A stretch of 64,000 nucleotides of DNA from Acidimicrobiaceae bacterium. GTDB lineage: Bacteria > Actinomycetota > Acidimicrobiia > Acidimicrobiales > Aldehydirespiratoraceae. Of the stretch, positions 1 through 9,799 are shown in pieces. Where the stretch lies: contig VXYK01000030.1 of NCBI GenBank assembly GCA_009845995.1, forward strand, positions 17,440 through 81,439. Reading direction: 5' to 3'. Under the pieces are notes generated by a model, which searched no databases, had not been told where the DNA came from, and saw nothing but the letters and a program-made list of their open reading frames with translations. The first letter of the stretch is position 1, and each line of letters starts with the position of its first letter. A program made the translations under genes and the position numbers.

Positions 1-523
1 GATATGACTGCGCGAACGAGTGGCTCTTGCAGGCCAGCGTCGGCCGCCCGAAGTCACGTTTGATCTGCTTCAACGAACGCCTGCGAATCTTGCAGTCGTT
101 GATGTCGATCACAACGTTGTCGTCCTCGGCAACCACAAAGGTCGTGTCGTCGAAACCGTACTGATACGAAGCGACCCGTACCCCGTCTCCGAGATCGAGC
201 ACGCGCCCGTGAACCAGCTCCTGGGGCGATTCAAAGCCCAGACTCTTCACCTCATCGACCATCGCATCCACCCCGAAGCGAGGAATCAGAACCTTGGCTG
301 ACCGATCCATGCGTCGCAGCGACGGATAGTGGAAGTGATCGAAGTGGTGATGGGTGAGGTAGATCCAATCGGGTTTGAACATCTCCTCGTCCGGTTCCGC
401 GCTGGGCGGGAAATGCCACCACGACCGCCAATAGCACGAACCAGACAGCCACGGGTCGATCAACACAGTGCCCGCGCGGGTCTTGATGCGCAGGCAGCTA
501 TGGCCGATAACGGTCACATGCAT
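1..523 (-). CDS. MBL-fold metallo-hydrolase (UlaG-like); 3' end runs off the window
   Basis: Absent from the ORF track because it is open-ended. My minus-strand translation from the ATG (complement of 521-523) reads MHVTVIGHSCLRIKT... The HxHxDH zinc motif (LTHHHFDHF) is encoded at complement ~335-360, in frame. Confidence 0.8.
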   Translation of the reverse strand, partial: MHVTVIGHSCLRIKTRAGTVLIDPWLSGSCYWRSWWHFPPSAEPDEEMFKPDWIYLTHHHFDHFHYPSLRRMDRSAKVLIPRFGVDAMVDEVKSLGFESPQELVHGRVLDLGDGVRVASYQYGFDDTTFVVAEDDNVVIDINDCKIRRRSLKQIKRDFGRPTLACKSHSFAQSY

Positions 524-642
524 AGGTCGTCACGGTATAGCCACAATCAGTGGTGTGGCGGGTGCGCAGGCCCAGGGAGATACAGCAACAACTAGGATTG
601 GCGGGTGCGCAGGCCCTTCACTTCTGCCGACGGTGGCCCAAA

Positions 643-1995
643 ATGAATGCAAGGGCCCGTTGGCTGGTGGCGGGAATGTTCCTGCTCGCCGTGGCCGTGC
701 GCTGGTTTGTATTCCTGCGTTGGTACCGGTATCTGCCGATCGGCGAGATCAACGACAACGTCTACTACCACGTCACCGCGAACCTTCTGGTAGACGGGCA
801 CGGGTTTGCCGATCCTTTCGAATACACGGTCTTCGGCAAGCTCCAACCGACCGCGGGGCACCCGCCTGGATTCACGGTCTACCTCTCGATCTGGTCGTTT
901 TTGGGCCTCGACAGTGTCACCTGGCATCGCCTCGCAGGCGGCTTCATCTCAGCATCGGCGGTGATTCCTGTAGGCCTGCTGCTGCACCGCCTGTTCAACG
1001 AACGCACAGCAGTCATCGGCATGGTTGGGATGGCGCTGCACCCGCCGCTGTGGATGAACGACGCGCTGATCCTCTCGGAGTCGATGTACATCCCGATCGC
1101 AGCTTGGACTCTGTGGTTCGCGCATCGGGTCTATGACGAGCCGTCGTGGCGCAGGATCACCGAACTAACGCTGATGCTGTCACTGGGCGCCCTCACCCGC
1201 AGCGAACCGTTCATGCTGTTCTTCCTGCTGCTGGCACCCATAATCCTGCTGCACCGGTCCCTCGACTGGCGCGCCCGCGTCACGCGCACGCTCGGGGCAG
1301 CTTTGATCGCCATGTTGATGCTGGCGCCGTGGGTCGGCCGTAACCTGGCCACCTTCGACGAGCCGACCTTCCTGGCCATCGGACCCGGCTACGTGCTCGA
1401 ACTCGGCAATTGCGACGACACCTACTCAGGGAGACTGCTCGGTTACTGGAGCCCGACCTGCGACGAAACAGACTCGCGGGGGGCGCTGGGCTTCTGGGCA
1501 GCCGAAGACCGTCTGTCGACCTGGCCCGATGGCGACGAGTCGGTCATCGGCGCTGCAAAGCTCGACAAAGCCCTCGACTACATCGGCGACCACCTCAGTG
1601 AACAGCCGAAGGTGGTCGCGGCCCGGGTGGGACGGGTACTCGGCCTGTTTCGACCACAACAGACCGCCGACTTCGACGTGTTCTTCGAGAGGCGGGTTCG
1701 CTCCCATGTCGACATCGGGCTGTTCAGCCACTATGCGGTAATGATCGCTGCGGTTTACGGTGCGGTTGTGATGCGCCGTCGTACATCCTTATTACCGGTC
1801 GCCGCGGTTGCGGGCACGTCGATCCTCACCGCAGCGATCACGTTCGGGATAACCCGCTACCGGCTCGGCGCCGATGTGGTGTTCGTGTTCCTAGCCGCCG
1901 TGGCACTCGGCGCTCTGCTTGACCGGTTCCGCCCAATCTCGGCGCCGGCAGCAGACCAGCAAGAACCTGAGGGGGCGTCGGTATGGCCAACATGA
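643..1995 (+). CDS. GT-C fold glycosyltransferase, PMT/ArnT-like (family 39/83-like), paralog 1
   Basis: Track ORF 550..1995. Likely start is the ATG at 643 (MNARARWLVAGMFLLAVAV, first TM). It is polytopic and has NDNVYYH in the first loop. Blocks HPPG, LWMND, ALTRSE and PWVGRNLATFDEP are shared with the 1983..3392 product and the C-terminal half of the 5307..7889 product. Confidence 0.75.
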   Translation: MNARARWLVAGMFLLAVAVRWFVFLRWYRYLPIGEINDNVYYHVTANLLVDGHGFADPFEYTVFGKLQPTAGHPPGFTVYLSIWSFLGLDSVTWHRLAGGFISASAVIPVGLLLHRLFNERTAVIGMVGMALHPPLWMNDALILSESMYIPIAAWTLWFAHRVYDEPSWRRITELTLMLSLGALTRSEPFMLFFLLLAPIILLHRSLDWRARVTRTLGAALIAMLMLAPWVGRNLATFDEPTFLAIGPGYVLELGNCDDTYSGRLLGYWSPTCDETDSRGALGFWAAEDRLSTWPDGDESVIGAAKLDKALDYIGDHLSEQPKVVAARVGRVLGLFRPQQTADFDVFFERRVRSHVDIGLFSHYAVMIAAVYGAVVMRRRTSLLPVAAVAGTSILTAAITFGITRYRLGADVVFVFLAAVALGALLDRFRPISAPAADQQEPEGASVWPT

Positions 1996-3392
1996 TGGCG
2001 CAGCTTCGGCAGCTCATCGGGGCCCGTGCCGTTCAGATCATTGTCGGCGTCGGCTTGGCGGGATGGTTCTTACGTATCGCGGCCGTGCTGTGGTACCGCC
2101 CGACCTGCACAACTGGTGCGGCCGACTGCTACACGCTCGCCGGCGACGCCTATTACCACCACCATCAGGCTGACCTGATCAGCAAAGGCCACTGGTTCAT
2201 CAACCCGCACGAGTACATCGTCAACGGCCACATCATCGATTCCGCCGGTGATCCCCCATTATACGCCCTCTACCTGGCTTTTTGGTCACGCTTGGGGCTC
2301 GACGGTGTGACCGACCACCGCCTCGTCTCCACCTTGGCGGGTTTCGCGCTGATCGTCTCTTTGGGATTGCTGGTGCGTCGCCTGGCCGGCGATCTCGCTG
2401 GAATCATCGCCGCGGTTCTGGCCGCTCTGCACCCGCTCATGTGGATCAACGACATGATGCTGTTGTCCGAAGGCCTGTATCAGCCGTTGATCGTGGCGGT
2501 GCTCTGGGCCGGCTATGCGTGGATCGAGAAACCCACGACCAAACGGATCGTGATTCTCGGCGCGGTGATCTCTGTAGCGGCTCTGACCCGAGCCGAAGCG
2601 TTGGCCCTCTTCGGTTTCATGGTGATCCCGCTTGTCTGGTGGCTCAGCGATGTCGACTGGCGAGAAAAGCTGCGACAGATCGTGCTGTGCGGGTTGGCCG
2701 GGTTGATCGTCTTGTCCCCTTGGGTGATCTACAACAATCTTCGCTTCGAGGATCCTGTGACTCTGAGCGCGGTACCCGGCACGGTGATGATGGCGGGCTC
2801 CTGCGATGAAGCTTGGAGCGGGGAAGCGATGGGTTTCTGGACGGTCTGCTTCGATTCTCGGGAACTGTGGGACGAACTCGAAGCTGAGTTGCCGGGTTCC
2901 ACGCTGCGTGGCGAGTCCCGTGTCGTCTACGACGAGTCGGTTCTCGATTCTTTCAATCGAAAGTACGCCTTGGAGTACACGACCGAGAATTGGGAGCGCT
3001 TCGGAGTCGTGGCGGTGGCTCGAATGGGCCGATCACTTGAGTTGTTCAAACCGGGCCACTCTCTGCGGCTGAACTATCAGGTCGAGGGGCGTTGGGAGGA
3101 GCCGTCGACTTTCGGTTTGGGCTTCTACTATGCGCTGCTGCCGTTGACGATCATCGGCGGAATGGTGTTTTGGCGGCGTGGAATCCGGTTGACGCCGCTG
3201 CTTTCGATGTGGCCGACGATCATGTTGGCCTCCGCGATCACCTTCGGCCTGACCCGTTACCGAGTCCCCATCGACATCGCCATGATGGCCATGAGCGCCG
3301 TCGCCATCTCCTGGCTATTCGAGCACCTGGGACCCGATTCACCCAGTTCGCCTGCCGACGCGTCCGCTGACAGGCCGGGCGAAGTAGTTTGA
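1983..3392 (+). CDS. GT-C fold glycosyltransferase, PMT/ArnT-like, paralog 2
   Basis: 469-aa polytopic ORF. Blocks GDAYYHHH, DPPLY, LMWINDMM, ALTRAE, PWVIYNNLRFEDP and a C-terminal TRYRVPIDI are all parallel to paralog 1. The alternative ATG at 1992 would give an ATGA overlap with the upstream stop. Confidence 0.75.
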   Translation: MANMMAQLRQLIGARAVQIIVGVGLAGWFLRIAAVLWYRPTCTTGAADCYTLAGDAYYHHHQADLISKGHWFINPHEYIVNGHIIDSAGDPPLYALYLAFWSRLGLDGVTDHRLVSTLAGFALIVSLGLLVRRLAGDLAGIIAAVLAALHPLMWINDMMLLSEGLYQPLIVAVLWAGYAWIEKPTTKRIVILGAVISVAALTRAEALALFGFMVIPLVWWLSDVDWREKLRQIVLCGLAGLIVLSPWVIYNNLRFEDPVTLSAVPGTVMMAGSCDEAWSGEAMGFWTVCFDSRELWDELEAELPGSTLRGESRVVYDESVLDSFNRKYALEYTTENWERFGVVAVARMGRSLELFKPGHSLRLNYQVEGRWEEPSTFGLGFYYALLPLTIIGGMVFWRRGIRLTPLLSMWPTIMLASAITFGLTRYRVPIDIAMMAMSAVAISWLFEHLGPDSPSSPADASADRPGEVV

Positions 3393-3402
3393 TGGAGCAC
3401 CT

Positions 3403-4257
3403 GTGGTGAGCAACATCGTTTTTACGCTTGATCTGGAGGATCACCGGCCTGACGAGACGGTCGAACCGCGGTACGCCGCGGTCACCGACGAATTGTTGGG
3501 CGACCTCGACGAGTGGGGCGTCACCGGGACGGTGTTCGTTGTCGGCGAGGTGGCGCGAGACGATCCGGATCTGGTGGCCCGAGTCGCTGCTCGGGGGCAT
3601 GAAATCGGGTTGCACGGCGCCAGCCACACACCGTTGCCAGAGGTCGGACCCGACGCTTTCCGTGCTGTGACCGCCGAGGCCGCCGACCGTCTCAGCCAGT
3701 TGGTGCAAGCCGAGGTCCAGGGCTTTCGCGCTCCGATCTTTTCGCTGGTGCCTGAGTCCGCTTGGGCGCCGGAAATCCTCGGCGAGCTCGGGGTCAGGTA
3801 TTCCTCCAGCGTGCTTCCCGCCCGCAACCCTCTTTTCGGTTGGCCACAAGCTCCACGTGCTCCGTTCAGATGGCCCTGTGGGCTCATTGAGCTTCCGTCA
3901 CCGGTGTTCGGATTGGGGCCGCTGACTGTTCCGCTTCTGGGGGGCGCTTACCTCCGGGTTGCTCCTGGTCCGATCGTCGGTTGGGCTGCAAAGAGAGCGC
4001 CCGAACATGGGTGGTTGTACGCCCACCCCTACGACTTTGACCCCGACGAGCCGCGCTGGCTCGTGCCCGAGGTGGGGCGTCTCGGCAGTCGGGTCATGTG
4101 GTGGGGCCGCTCCGCGATGAAGACCCGGGTCGGGCAGATCGTGGCGGGCAGCCGACAAACGCTCGCCGATATGGCCGCTTCAATGGCCGAGTTGGACCAG
4201 TTGCCCGTGTTCAGACCGCCTGGCATCAACACACTCAAAACGGGATCGGGGCAATGA
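3403..4257 (+). CDS. Polysaccharide deacetylase family protein (NodB-type)
   Basis: N-terminal FTLDLEDH, then TVFVVGEVA and GHEIGLHGASH, which look like NodB-homology metal/catalytic blocks. GTG start. Confidence 0.8.
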   Translation: MVSNIVFTLDLEDHRPDETVEPRYAAVTDELLGDLDEWGVTGTVFVVGEVARDDPDLVARVAARGHEIGLHGASHTPLPEVGPDAFRAVTAEAADRLSQLVQAEVQGFRAPIFSLVPESAWAPEILGELGVRYSSSVLPARNPLFGWPQAPRAPFRWPCGLIELPSPVFGLGPLTVPLLGGAYLRVAPGPIVGWAAKRAPEHGWLYAHPYDFDPDEPRWLVPEVGRLGSRVMWWGRSAMKTRVGQIVAGSRQTLADMAASMAELDQLPVFRPPGINTLKTGSGQ

Positions 4258-4985
4258 CCGACGAGACTCCGGAGTACGGCCAGGACGAGATGGCACACGA
4301 TCTACCCCGCGCTGAGATCGTGGATCGAATCGAATGGCTCACCGCTCAGTGTGTCGGCAAGCGCGTGATCCACGTCGGTTTCGCTGACGCAGGTTTTCGT
4401 CTTGAGCAGGGGCGAGCGGGTAGATGGCTACACGGTCATCTTCACGAGGTTGCCGGCGAACTTGTTGGGATCGACGCCGACCCCGTCGGCGTCGCCGCAG
4501 CAACCGACGACGATTTCGAGGCCTATGTGGTGGATTGCACGGACGCAGCAGCCGTTGCCGCGCTCGGGATCGAGCCCGCCGATGTTGTGCTCGCCGGCGA
4601 AGTGATCGAACACGTTTCCGCCCCGGGTCTGTTTCTCGATGCCATGCACCACCTCTGCAAACCAGAGGGCATTCTCATCGTCACCACCCCCAACGCCTAT
4701 GGCCTCATCAACGTGGCTGCATCAATAACTCGACGAGTCGAGATCAACCATCCGGACCATGTGGTTATGTTCACCTGGCGCACCCTGACTGAGCTGATGC
4801 GCAGATCAGGCTGGGACCACACCAGAACGGTGACCTACGTCCCGGCCGTACGCGAGCGCGGCAACCGATCCCGCCTAGAGGCGGCTGCGGTCCGCTCGAT
4901 CGTCGGCGTCGAACGGTTGCTCGGCAAACTCAACCGCCCTTTCTCAGCCGATGGCCTGATCGTCAGCGCCAAGCCGTCTGACTAG
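4254..4985 (+). CDS. Class I SAM-dependent methyltransferase
   Basis: Track ORF 4098..4985. The ATG at 4254 gives an ATGA overlap with the deacetylase stop. Motifs: KRVIHVGFADAGF (motif I-like), VVLAGEVIEHV, GILIVTTPN. Confidence 0.75.
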   Translation: MTDETPEYGQDEMAHDLPRAEIVDRIEWLTAQCVGKRVIHVGFADAGFRLEQGRAGRWLHGHLHEVAGELVGIDADPVGVAAATDDDFEAYVVDCTDAAAVAALGIEPADVVLAGEVIEHVSAPGLFLDAMHHLCKPEGILIVTTPNAYGLINVAASITRRVEINHPDHVVMFTWRTLTELMRRSGWDHTRTVTYVPAVRERGNRSRLEAAAVRSIVGVERLLGKLNRPFSADGLIVSAKPSD

Positions 4986-4992
4986 TTGTTCG

Positions 4993-5352
4993 TCAGGAGG
5001 TGGCGCGGGGTGTGATGCCTTCGACTTCTACGCGCAGCAGGGCCAGCTCCTCGGCCAGGTCCTGCGTGCGGGCCTCGACTCGCGACATCTCGTAGGAAAG
5101 ATGCACAGTCGTCGCGAACAGGAACGCCGTGGCAGCGAAGAGCACGGTGGCGGGTTCGTATTCGATGCCGATGAAATCAGAGATCGGTACGAGAATGTCG
5201 GGAACGGCTGCCAATGGCAGCAGGGCCAGGCCGACAAAGGACCAAAGCAGGGCATATTTGCTTTTGAGCACCCGTTGGCGAACTAGGCGGAAGATGAACA
5301 GCACCGTCAAGAAGATGACGGCGGCGACGACGATATGGGCCGAGGTGGACAT
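4993..5352 (-). CDS. DUF2304-type small membrane protein
   Basis: 119 aa with three or four TM segments followed by a charged coiled C-terminus (EMSRVEARTQDLAEELALLRVE). This is the layout typical of DUF2304 proteins found next to glycosyltransferase genes. It overlaps the upstream gene end by 46 nt. Confidence 0.65.
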   Translation of the reverse strand: MSTSAHIVVAAVIFLTVLFIFRLVRQRVLKSKYALLWSFVGLALLPLAAVPDILVPISDFIGIEYEPATVLFAATAFLFATTVHLSYEMSRVEARTQDLAEELALLRVEVEGITPRATS

Positions 5353-7889
5353 GTACCCAGGTTACTCAACCAATGGATCGCAATCGCTGCGCACACAACG
5401 ACGGCGATCTCAGCAGGAACTCGGAAGCGGGGAATCCCGTAGAACAGCGCGCCGACCAGCGATACATGCACCGCCAGAATCGCGAAGGGCCAGCGGGTGA
5501 GCCGGTCGCGACCCAGGCGCCACCAGCCGATCAGCGCCAGGGGCGCGGCGACCCAGAACCCCACGAAAGCAAGGTTGGAGGCCCAGATCTCACGCCCCTC
5601 CCCGGTGTTGAAGTCAGACATCTGCAACGGCCTGAAAACCGACCACAACCGGCCGAGTCGCGCCGCCATGACTCGCGGCTGGTCGTCGAGGTTGTCGCCG
5701 ATGTAGCTCAGCGCCTCTGCTCGCCAGATCCGCGACTGCTCGCTGGCATCCGCGTCGGCAAGCTCACCAATGCCCGGGGCGAGCGAGTCGGCGTACTCCA
5801 ACGACCAGAAACCGATCGCGCCGCCCGAATACGTCTGTGGCGAGTTGGCACCGATCAAAGTCACGCCGTCGTTGGTCGACATCAGCACCGGTTCGTTGAA
5901 TCGAAGGAGGTTGGGAACCACCCAGGGGGCGATCACCAAAACCGTCAACGCGCCGCTGACAACGACCGCCCTGACCCGTTCGCGCCAGGAAGGATGGCTC
6001 AAAACAACCAACGGTGCCACTAGCAATATCACCAGCAACAAAGACTCGGCTCGGGCAAGCGCCGCGAAACCAATCCACGCACCCAGTTGTATCGCCAGTC
6101 GGCTCGACGGATCCTGCCGATAGCGCAGCGCCGTCCACACCGCTCCCGCGATGCAGAACGCGGTCAGCGATTCGGCCATGACCAGGCCATCGTTGATCCA
6201 CAGGGCCGGATATACCGCCGCGATCGCGGCCGCCGTCAGCCCCACAGCCCGACCCGCAAGCTGGCGAGCAAGCAAGCCGATCATCACGATGACGCCTGCA
6301 CCGACCAGACACATGATGAAACGCTGTTCGAAGATGTGTTCACCCTGCCCACCCGGCAACCACGAAGCGGGCGCGGCAGCAATTGCGGTCAGCGGCGGAT
6401 GGTCCGCTGCGTGGCTGGCTTGAACACCGCTATCGACCAAGCCCGACAATCCGTGCCACGGAGTGACGAAGCCCCTGCCCGCGGCGAGCGCGTCTGCAGC
6501 GAGGGAGTAATAGAACTGGTCACCCGGGAAAATGTCGAGCGTTTGGAGCGTGTGGTCGCGTTTGACCACGATCACGTAGATGACGCGGAACACGAACCCC
6601 GCCGTGGCAACCACAGCCAACTGTGCCCGAAACGACGCAGCTCTCCATCCCGCCGCCAACCGGCTGACGAACAGCTCCGCCGGCGACGGCCCTTGCACAG
6701 GTCTCCGAACCAGCTGCTGCATGCGCAGACCCAAACGTTCAACCAGGTAGTAGCTGGCCACCGAGACCACGAACATCGGTATGAAGGCCACGATGCAGAG
6801 GCGCCAATAGTTGGTCTCGAACAGGCGCACTTCGCCGAAGATGTCGGTCATCGGCCCCCAAGGGTGGACGATGAAAACCATGTGCCACAGGTAGACCGAG
6901 TACGAGATCTTCCCCAGCCAGTCCATCGGTGAACTTGCCACGAACCGCCGCACATAAGAGCGCCGGTCGCTGCCGAACACGAGCGGGAACAGCAACGCGA
7001 ACCCGATCGCCCCGTAGACGAGTTGCCGGCCGATCTCTCGTGGCCACGACGCGACGTCGAGTCCCAACGCCAACCCCATCTGCTGGGACACGATGTGAAA
7101 GAGCAGCGCGGCACCGATCCACCACCAGCCGGCAGGCCCGGCCCACCGTTCCAGCCGATCCCGCGGCGTCGATCCCGGCTCGAAACCGACCCGAGCGATA
7201 GCCAGCGCCATCCCGATGGCGAAGTAGTCCAACATGCCCGGCAGCCAGATGACCGCGTCATTGCTCCATTGGCTCTGCAATCCGAGTACGCAGATCCGAA
7301 AGAAAACCGACAGGAGATAGCAGCCTGCAACAAAGACGAGCAGCGCGTTGCGGCGCTGCGGTCGGTCCCGGTTCTTCAACCAGGGTCTGAGGAATCGGGC
7401 CACGAAGGGCAATGCCAGGTAGAAGGTGACCTCTGTGGCGAGGCTCCAAGCTTGAGGAATCGGGCCCACGACATGTTCGGTCCAGTGAATGTGGATCAAT
7501 AGCGTGGTGGTGATCCCGTCGGCGATGCCCAGGTCTTCGCTGGTGAACACCACGATAAGAGCCAACGCGGCCCAGAACGCCGGGTAGATCCGCATAAATC
7601 TGCGCCACAGGTACTCAACGGTCGGGCGCAGCGGTCGTTCGTCGAGTATCGCCGCGGCTATCGGGGTGAACAGCAGAAATCCTGAGAGAACAAAGAAGAC
7701 CGGCACGCCGATGTCGAGTCGGCCGATGTAGCGGCCGATGGCACCGTCGTAGGTTCGGCCCGAGTGAAACCCGACATGGTGAAAGAAGACCGCGAAAGCC
7801 GCTATGGCTCGCAACCCGTCAAGCCCGACGATCCGACTGCTAGCCGGTGCGGTGTCAATTGAGCTGGTGCTGGTCGGGCTGCCAGACAC
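5307..7889 (-). CDS. Fusion protein: N-terminal acyltransferase-3 (OafA/YrhL-type) domain plus C-terminal GT-C glycosyltransferase domain (paralog 3)
   Basis: Uninterrupted 860-codon frame. GTG start at 7889, directly abutting the TGA of the upstream MBL gene. The N-terminal half has LDGLRAIAAFAVFFHHVGF and about 10 TM segments. The C-terminal half shares GDQFYYS, HPPL, LWINDGL, ALARAE, PWVVPNLLRFNEP and PRFRVPAEI with the two GT-C paralogs. Confidence 0.8.
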   Translation of the reverse strand: MSGSPTSTSSIDTAPASSRIVGLDGLRAIAAFAVFFHHVGFHSGRTYDGAIGRYIGRLDIGVPVFFVLSGFLLFTPIAAAILDERPLRPTVEYLWRRFMRIYPAFWAALALIVVFTSEDLGIADGITTTLLIHIHWTEHVVGPIPQAWSLATEVTFYLALPFVARFLRPWLKNRDRPQRRNALLVFVAGCYLLSVFFRICVLGLQSQWSNDAVIWLPGMLDYFAIGMALAIARVGFEPGSTPRDRLERWAGPAGWWWIGAALLFHIVSQQMGLALGLDVASWPREIGRQLVYGAIGFALLFPLVFGSDRRSYVRRFVASSPMDWLGKISYSVYLWHMVFIVHPWGPMTDIFGEVRLFETNYWRLCIVAFIPMFVVSVASYYLVERLGLRMQQLVRRPVQGPSPAELFVSRLAAGWRAASFRAQLAVVATAGFVFRVIYVIVVKRDHTLQTLDIFPGDQFYYSLAADALAAGRGFVTPWHGLSGLVDSGVQASHAADHPPLTAIAAAPASWLPGGQGEHIFEQRFIMCLVGAGVIVMIGLLARQLAGRAVGLTAAAIAAVYPALWINDGLVMAESLTAFCIAGAVWTALRYRQDPSSRLAIQLGAWIGFAALARAESLLLVILLVAPLVVLSHPSWRERVRAVVVSGALTVLVIAPWVVPNLLRFNEPVLMSTNDGVTLIGANSPQTYSGGAIGFWSLEYADSLAPGIGELADADASEQSRIWRAEALSYIGDNLDDQPRVMAARLGRLWSVFRPLQMSDFNTGEGREIWASNLAFVGFWVAAPLALIGWWRLGRDRLTRWPFAILAVHVSLVGALFYGIPRFRVPAEIAVVVCAAIAIHWLSNLGTCPPRPISSSPPSSS

Positions 7890-8669
7890 TCAGCTGCCGA
7901 ACACTGCGAGCCACTGCTCGCGGGTTTTGGGGCGGAACACCATGTTGCGCTCCCTGGTCACGCCCATGGTGGCCGAGGACTCCAGCGAGTAACGGTGACC
8001 GGGATAGAGCACTGCGTTGTCGGGCACTTTCGCCAGTTTCTGGGTCAGGCTCTCATACATCTGCGCCGGGTCTGACCCGGGGAGGTCCATGCGTCCACAG
8101 CCGTCGAGGAACAGGGTGTCGCCCGCGACCAACCGACCGTCGACCAAGAAACACTGGCTGCCGGGAGTGTGGCCTGGAGTGCAGATCAGTTCGATGTCCA
8201 CTGCTCCGACCGACACCACATCGCCGCTCTGGTGCTGCATCAGGTTCTCATCGGTGACGCCGGTGACGGTGCGGACGTATTCCGCTTCGGGGGTTTGCAC
8301 ATGTATCGGAACGTCTACATGCTCAAGAAGTTCGGCTACACCCTCCAGTTGCATGCCCATCATCGATCCGCCGACGTGGTCGGGATGGTAGTGGGTGGCC
8401 AGCACCCCGGAGCAGCGCATGTCGTCAGCTGCAAGCACTGCGAGTAGGTCTTGAACATTGTAAGCAGGGTCGACCAGCACCGCTTCACCGCTTTGGCGAT
8501 CGCCGATGGCGTAGACGAAGTTGACCATCTGCGCGGCCACGGGATCGTTGACAGCGAAGTCTCGACCCGACAGCAGCTGACGGAAATAAAAGTCGTTGTT
8601 GCCGGGCACTCTGCTGTCGCCGGGCATAGCCGGAGCCCCGTGAGTCACCGCGGGTCGCTTTCGTCGCAC
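7890..8669 (-). CDS. MBL-fold metallo-hydrolase (hydroxyacylglutathione hydrolase-like)
   Basis: HYHPDHVGG (HxHxDH), later TPGHTPGS and DTLF..GCGR, as in glyoxalase II-like enzymes. An alternative ATG start lies at 8627. Confidence 0.85.
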   Translation of the reverse strand: MRRKRPAVTHGAPAMPGDSRVPGNNDFYFRQLLSGRDFAVNDPVAAQMVNFVYAIGDRQSGEAVLVDPAYNVQDLLAVLAADDMRCSGVLATHYHPDHVGGSMMGMQLEGVAELLEHVDVPIHVQTPEAEYVRTVTGVTDENLMQHQSGDVVSVGAVDIELICTPGHTPGSQCFLVDGRLVAGDTLFLDGCGRMDLPGSDPAQMYESLTQKLAKVPDNAVLYPGHRYSLESSATMGVTRERNMVFRPKTREQWLAVFGS

Positions 8670-8688
8670 GAAACCGGAGCCGCGGAAG

Positions 8689-9744
8689 TCATCTGGGGAT
8701 GCTATCGGGGTCGCATTCGCCGGGCGTAGCCGGAGCCGCGGGAGTCATCACGAGGTCAGCGGGGCGTACCAGAGTACGCCAGAAGGCTCGGTAGCTGGGG
8801 TAGGTGATGGAGTCGGTGATGTAGCCGTCTTGCACCAAAGCCCGATGGTATTTAGGAAGGTTGGACATCGGGATGCCTGAATCGACATGGTGAGCGAGGT
8901 GAAACCCGACTGAATGCGGCAAGAACACGTACCGGGACAAGAACCCCTGTCGAATATTGTTGCTGGTGCGTCGACGGTCTGGAGACCGGGTCATCCCGCC
9001 ATGCTCGGCCAACGCACGAAGCCGGTTGGCGACCTGCCAGAAGGTCATCCAGGGAAGCCACCACAAAAACACGTACAGCCACGGATGGCCGAAAGCCAAG
9101 AACCACCCGAACACGAACAGCTGGCCAAAAAAGAACCGAGCTGCACGGAACCGGCGGCCCTTCACAAACAGCCCGACAATCGCCGGCTTGAGGAGCTTGT
9201 AGCCGGATACGCCGAAGGCGTCACGCAAGAGTTTGCGCCGCATCGAATCGGCCGGTATCGGATAGCGGGCATACAGCATGAAGTCCGGTTCGCGTTCACC
9301 GAACTCGTCTCGGTGGTGCTGGGTGTGCACGAGGCGGTAGGCCGGTCCGCCGTCACCGAAAGCGAGCAAGCCGAGGAGCTTCTCACCGACCCAGTCGTTC
9401 GCCGTGCGGTTGCTGAACAGCAGTCGATGAGCGGACTCATGGTGCAGTGTCAACGCGCGCTGATACCACACGCTCATCGCGCAGAAAGCCAGTACCCACG
9501 TAAGCGGATGGCTGATCGTCAACGCACCCCAGATCACCAGGAAGGGGTACGCCAGAACCACCACAACATGGACGACGTTGGTCAGGTTGGGGATGCGGCG
9601 AAGTTCGGCGCGGAACTCGGGGCGGGGGCGCCCGTCGGGCCTCAAACGATCCGACCCTTCAAATGGTGCGAGGTCGTCTTCGCTGGGCGCCAGCCCGCCG
9701 GTTAAATCGGCTACAAGCTGGTCATGGGTGGCCGTATCGACCAT
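8689..9744 (-). CDS. Membrane fatty acid desaturase family protein
   Basis: Three histidine boxes (HESAHR, HTQHHRD, HLAHHVD) with TM segments between them. Confidence 0.85.
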   Translation of the reverse strand: MVDTATHDQLVADLTGGLAPSEDDLAPFEGSDRLRPDGRPRPEFRAELRRIPNLTNVVHVVVVLAYPFLVIWGALTISHPLTWVLAFCAMSVWYQRALTLHHESAHRLLFSNRTANDWVGEKLLGLLAFGDGGPAYRLVHTQHHRDEFGEREPDFMLYARYPIPADSMRRKLLRDAFGVSGYKLLKPAIVGLFVKGRRFRAARFFFGQLFVFGWFLAFGHPWLYVFLWWLPWMTFWQVANRLRALAEHGGMTRSPDRRRTSNNIRQGFLSRYVFLPHSVGFHLAHHVDSGIPMSNLPKYHRALVQDGYITDSITYPSYRAFWRTLVRPADLVMTPAAPATPGECDPDSIPR

Positions 9745-9799
9745 AACCCCGATGCTACCGGCCGACTGGCCGCTGCGCTATGGCAATAGTCGACAGGGG

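Noticed and set aside
5373-7502. Several 90-280-aa plus-strand ORFs (5373-6023, 6087-6932, 6929-7201, 7023-7502)
   Set aside because: All lie inside, and antisense to, the 860-aa AT3::GT-C gene. They are Arg/Pro/Gly-rich, which is typical of high-GC shadow frames.
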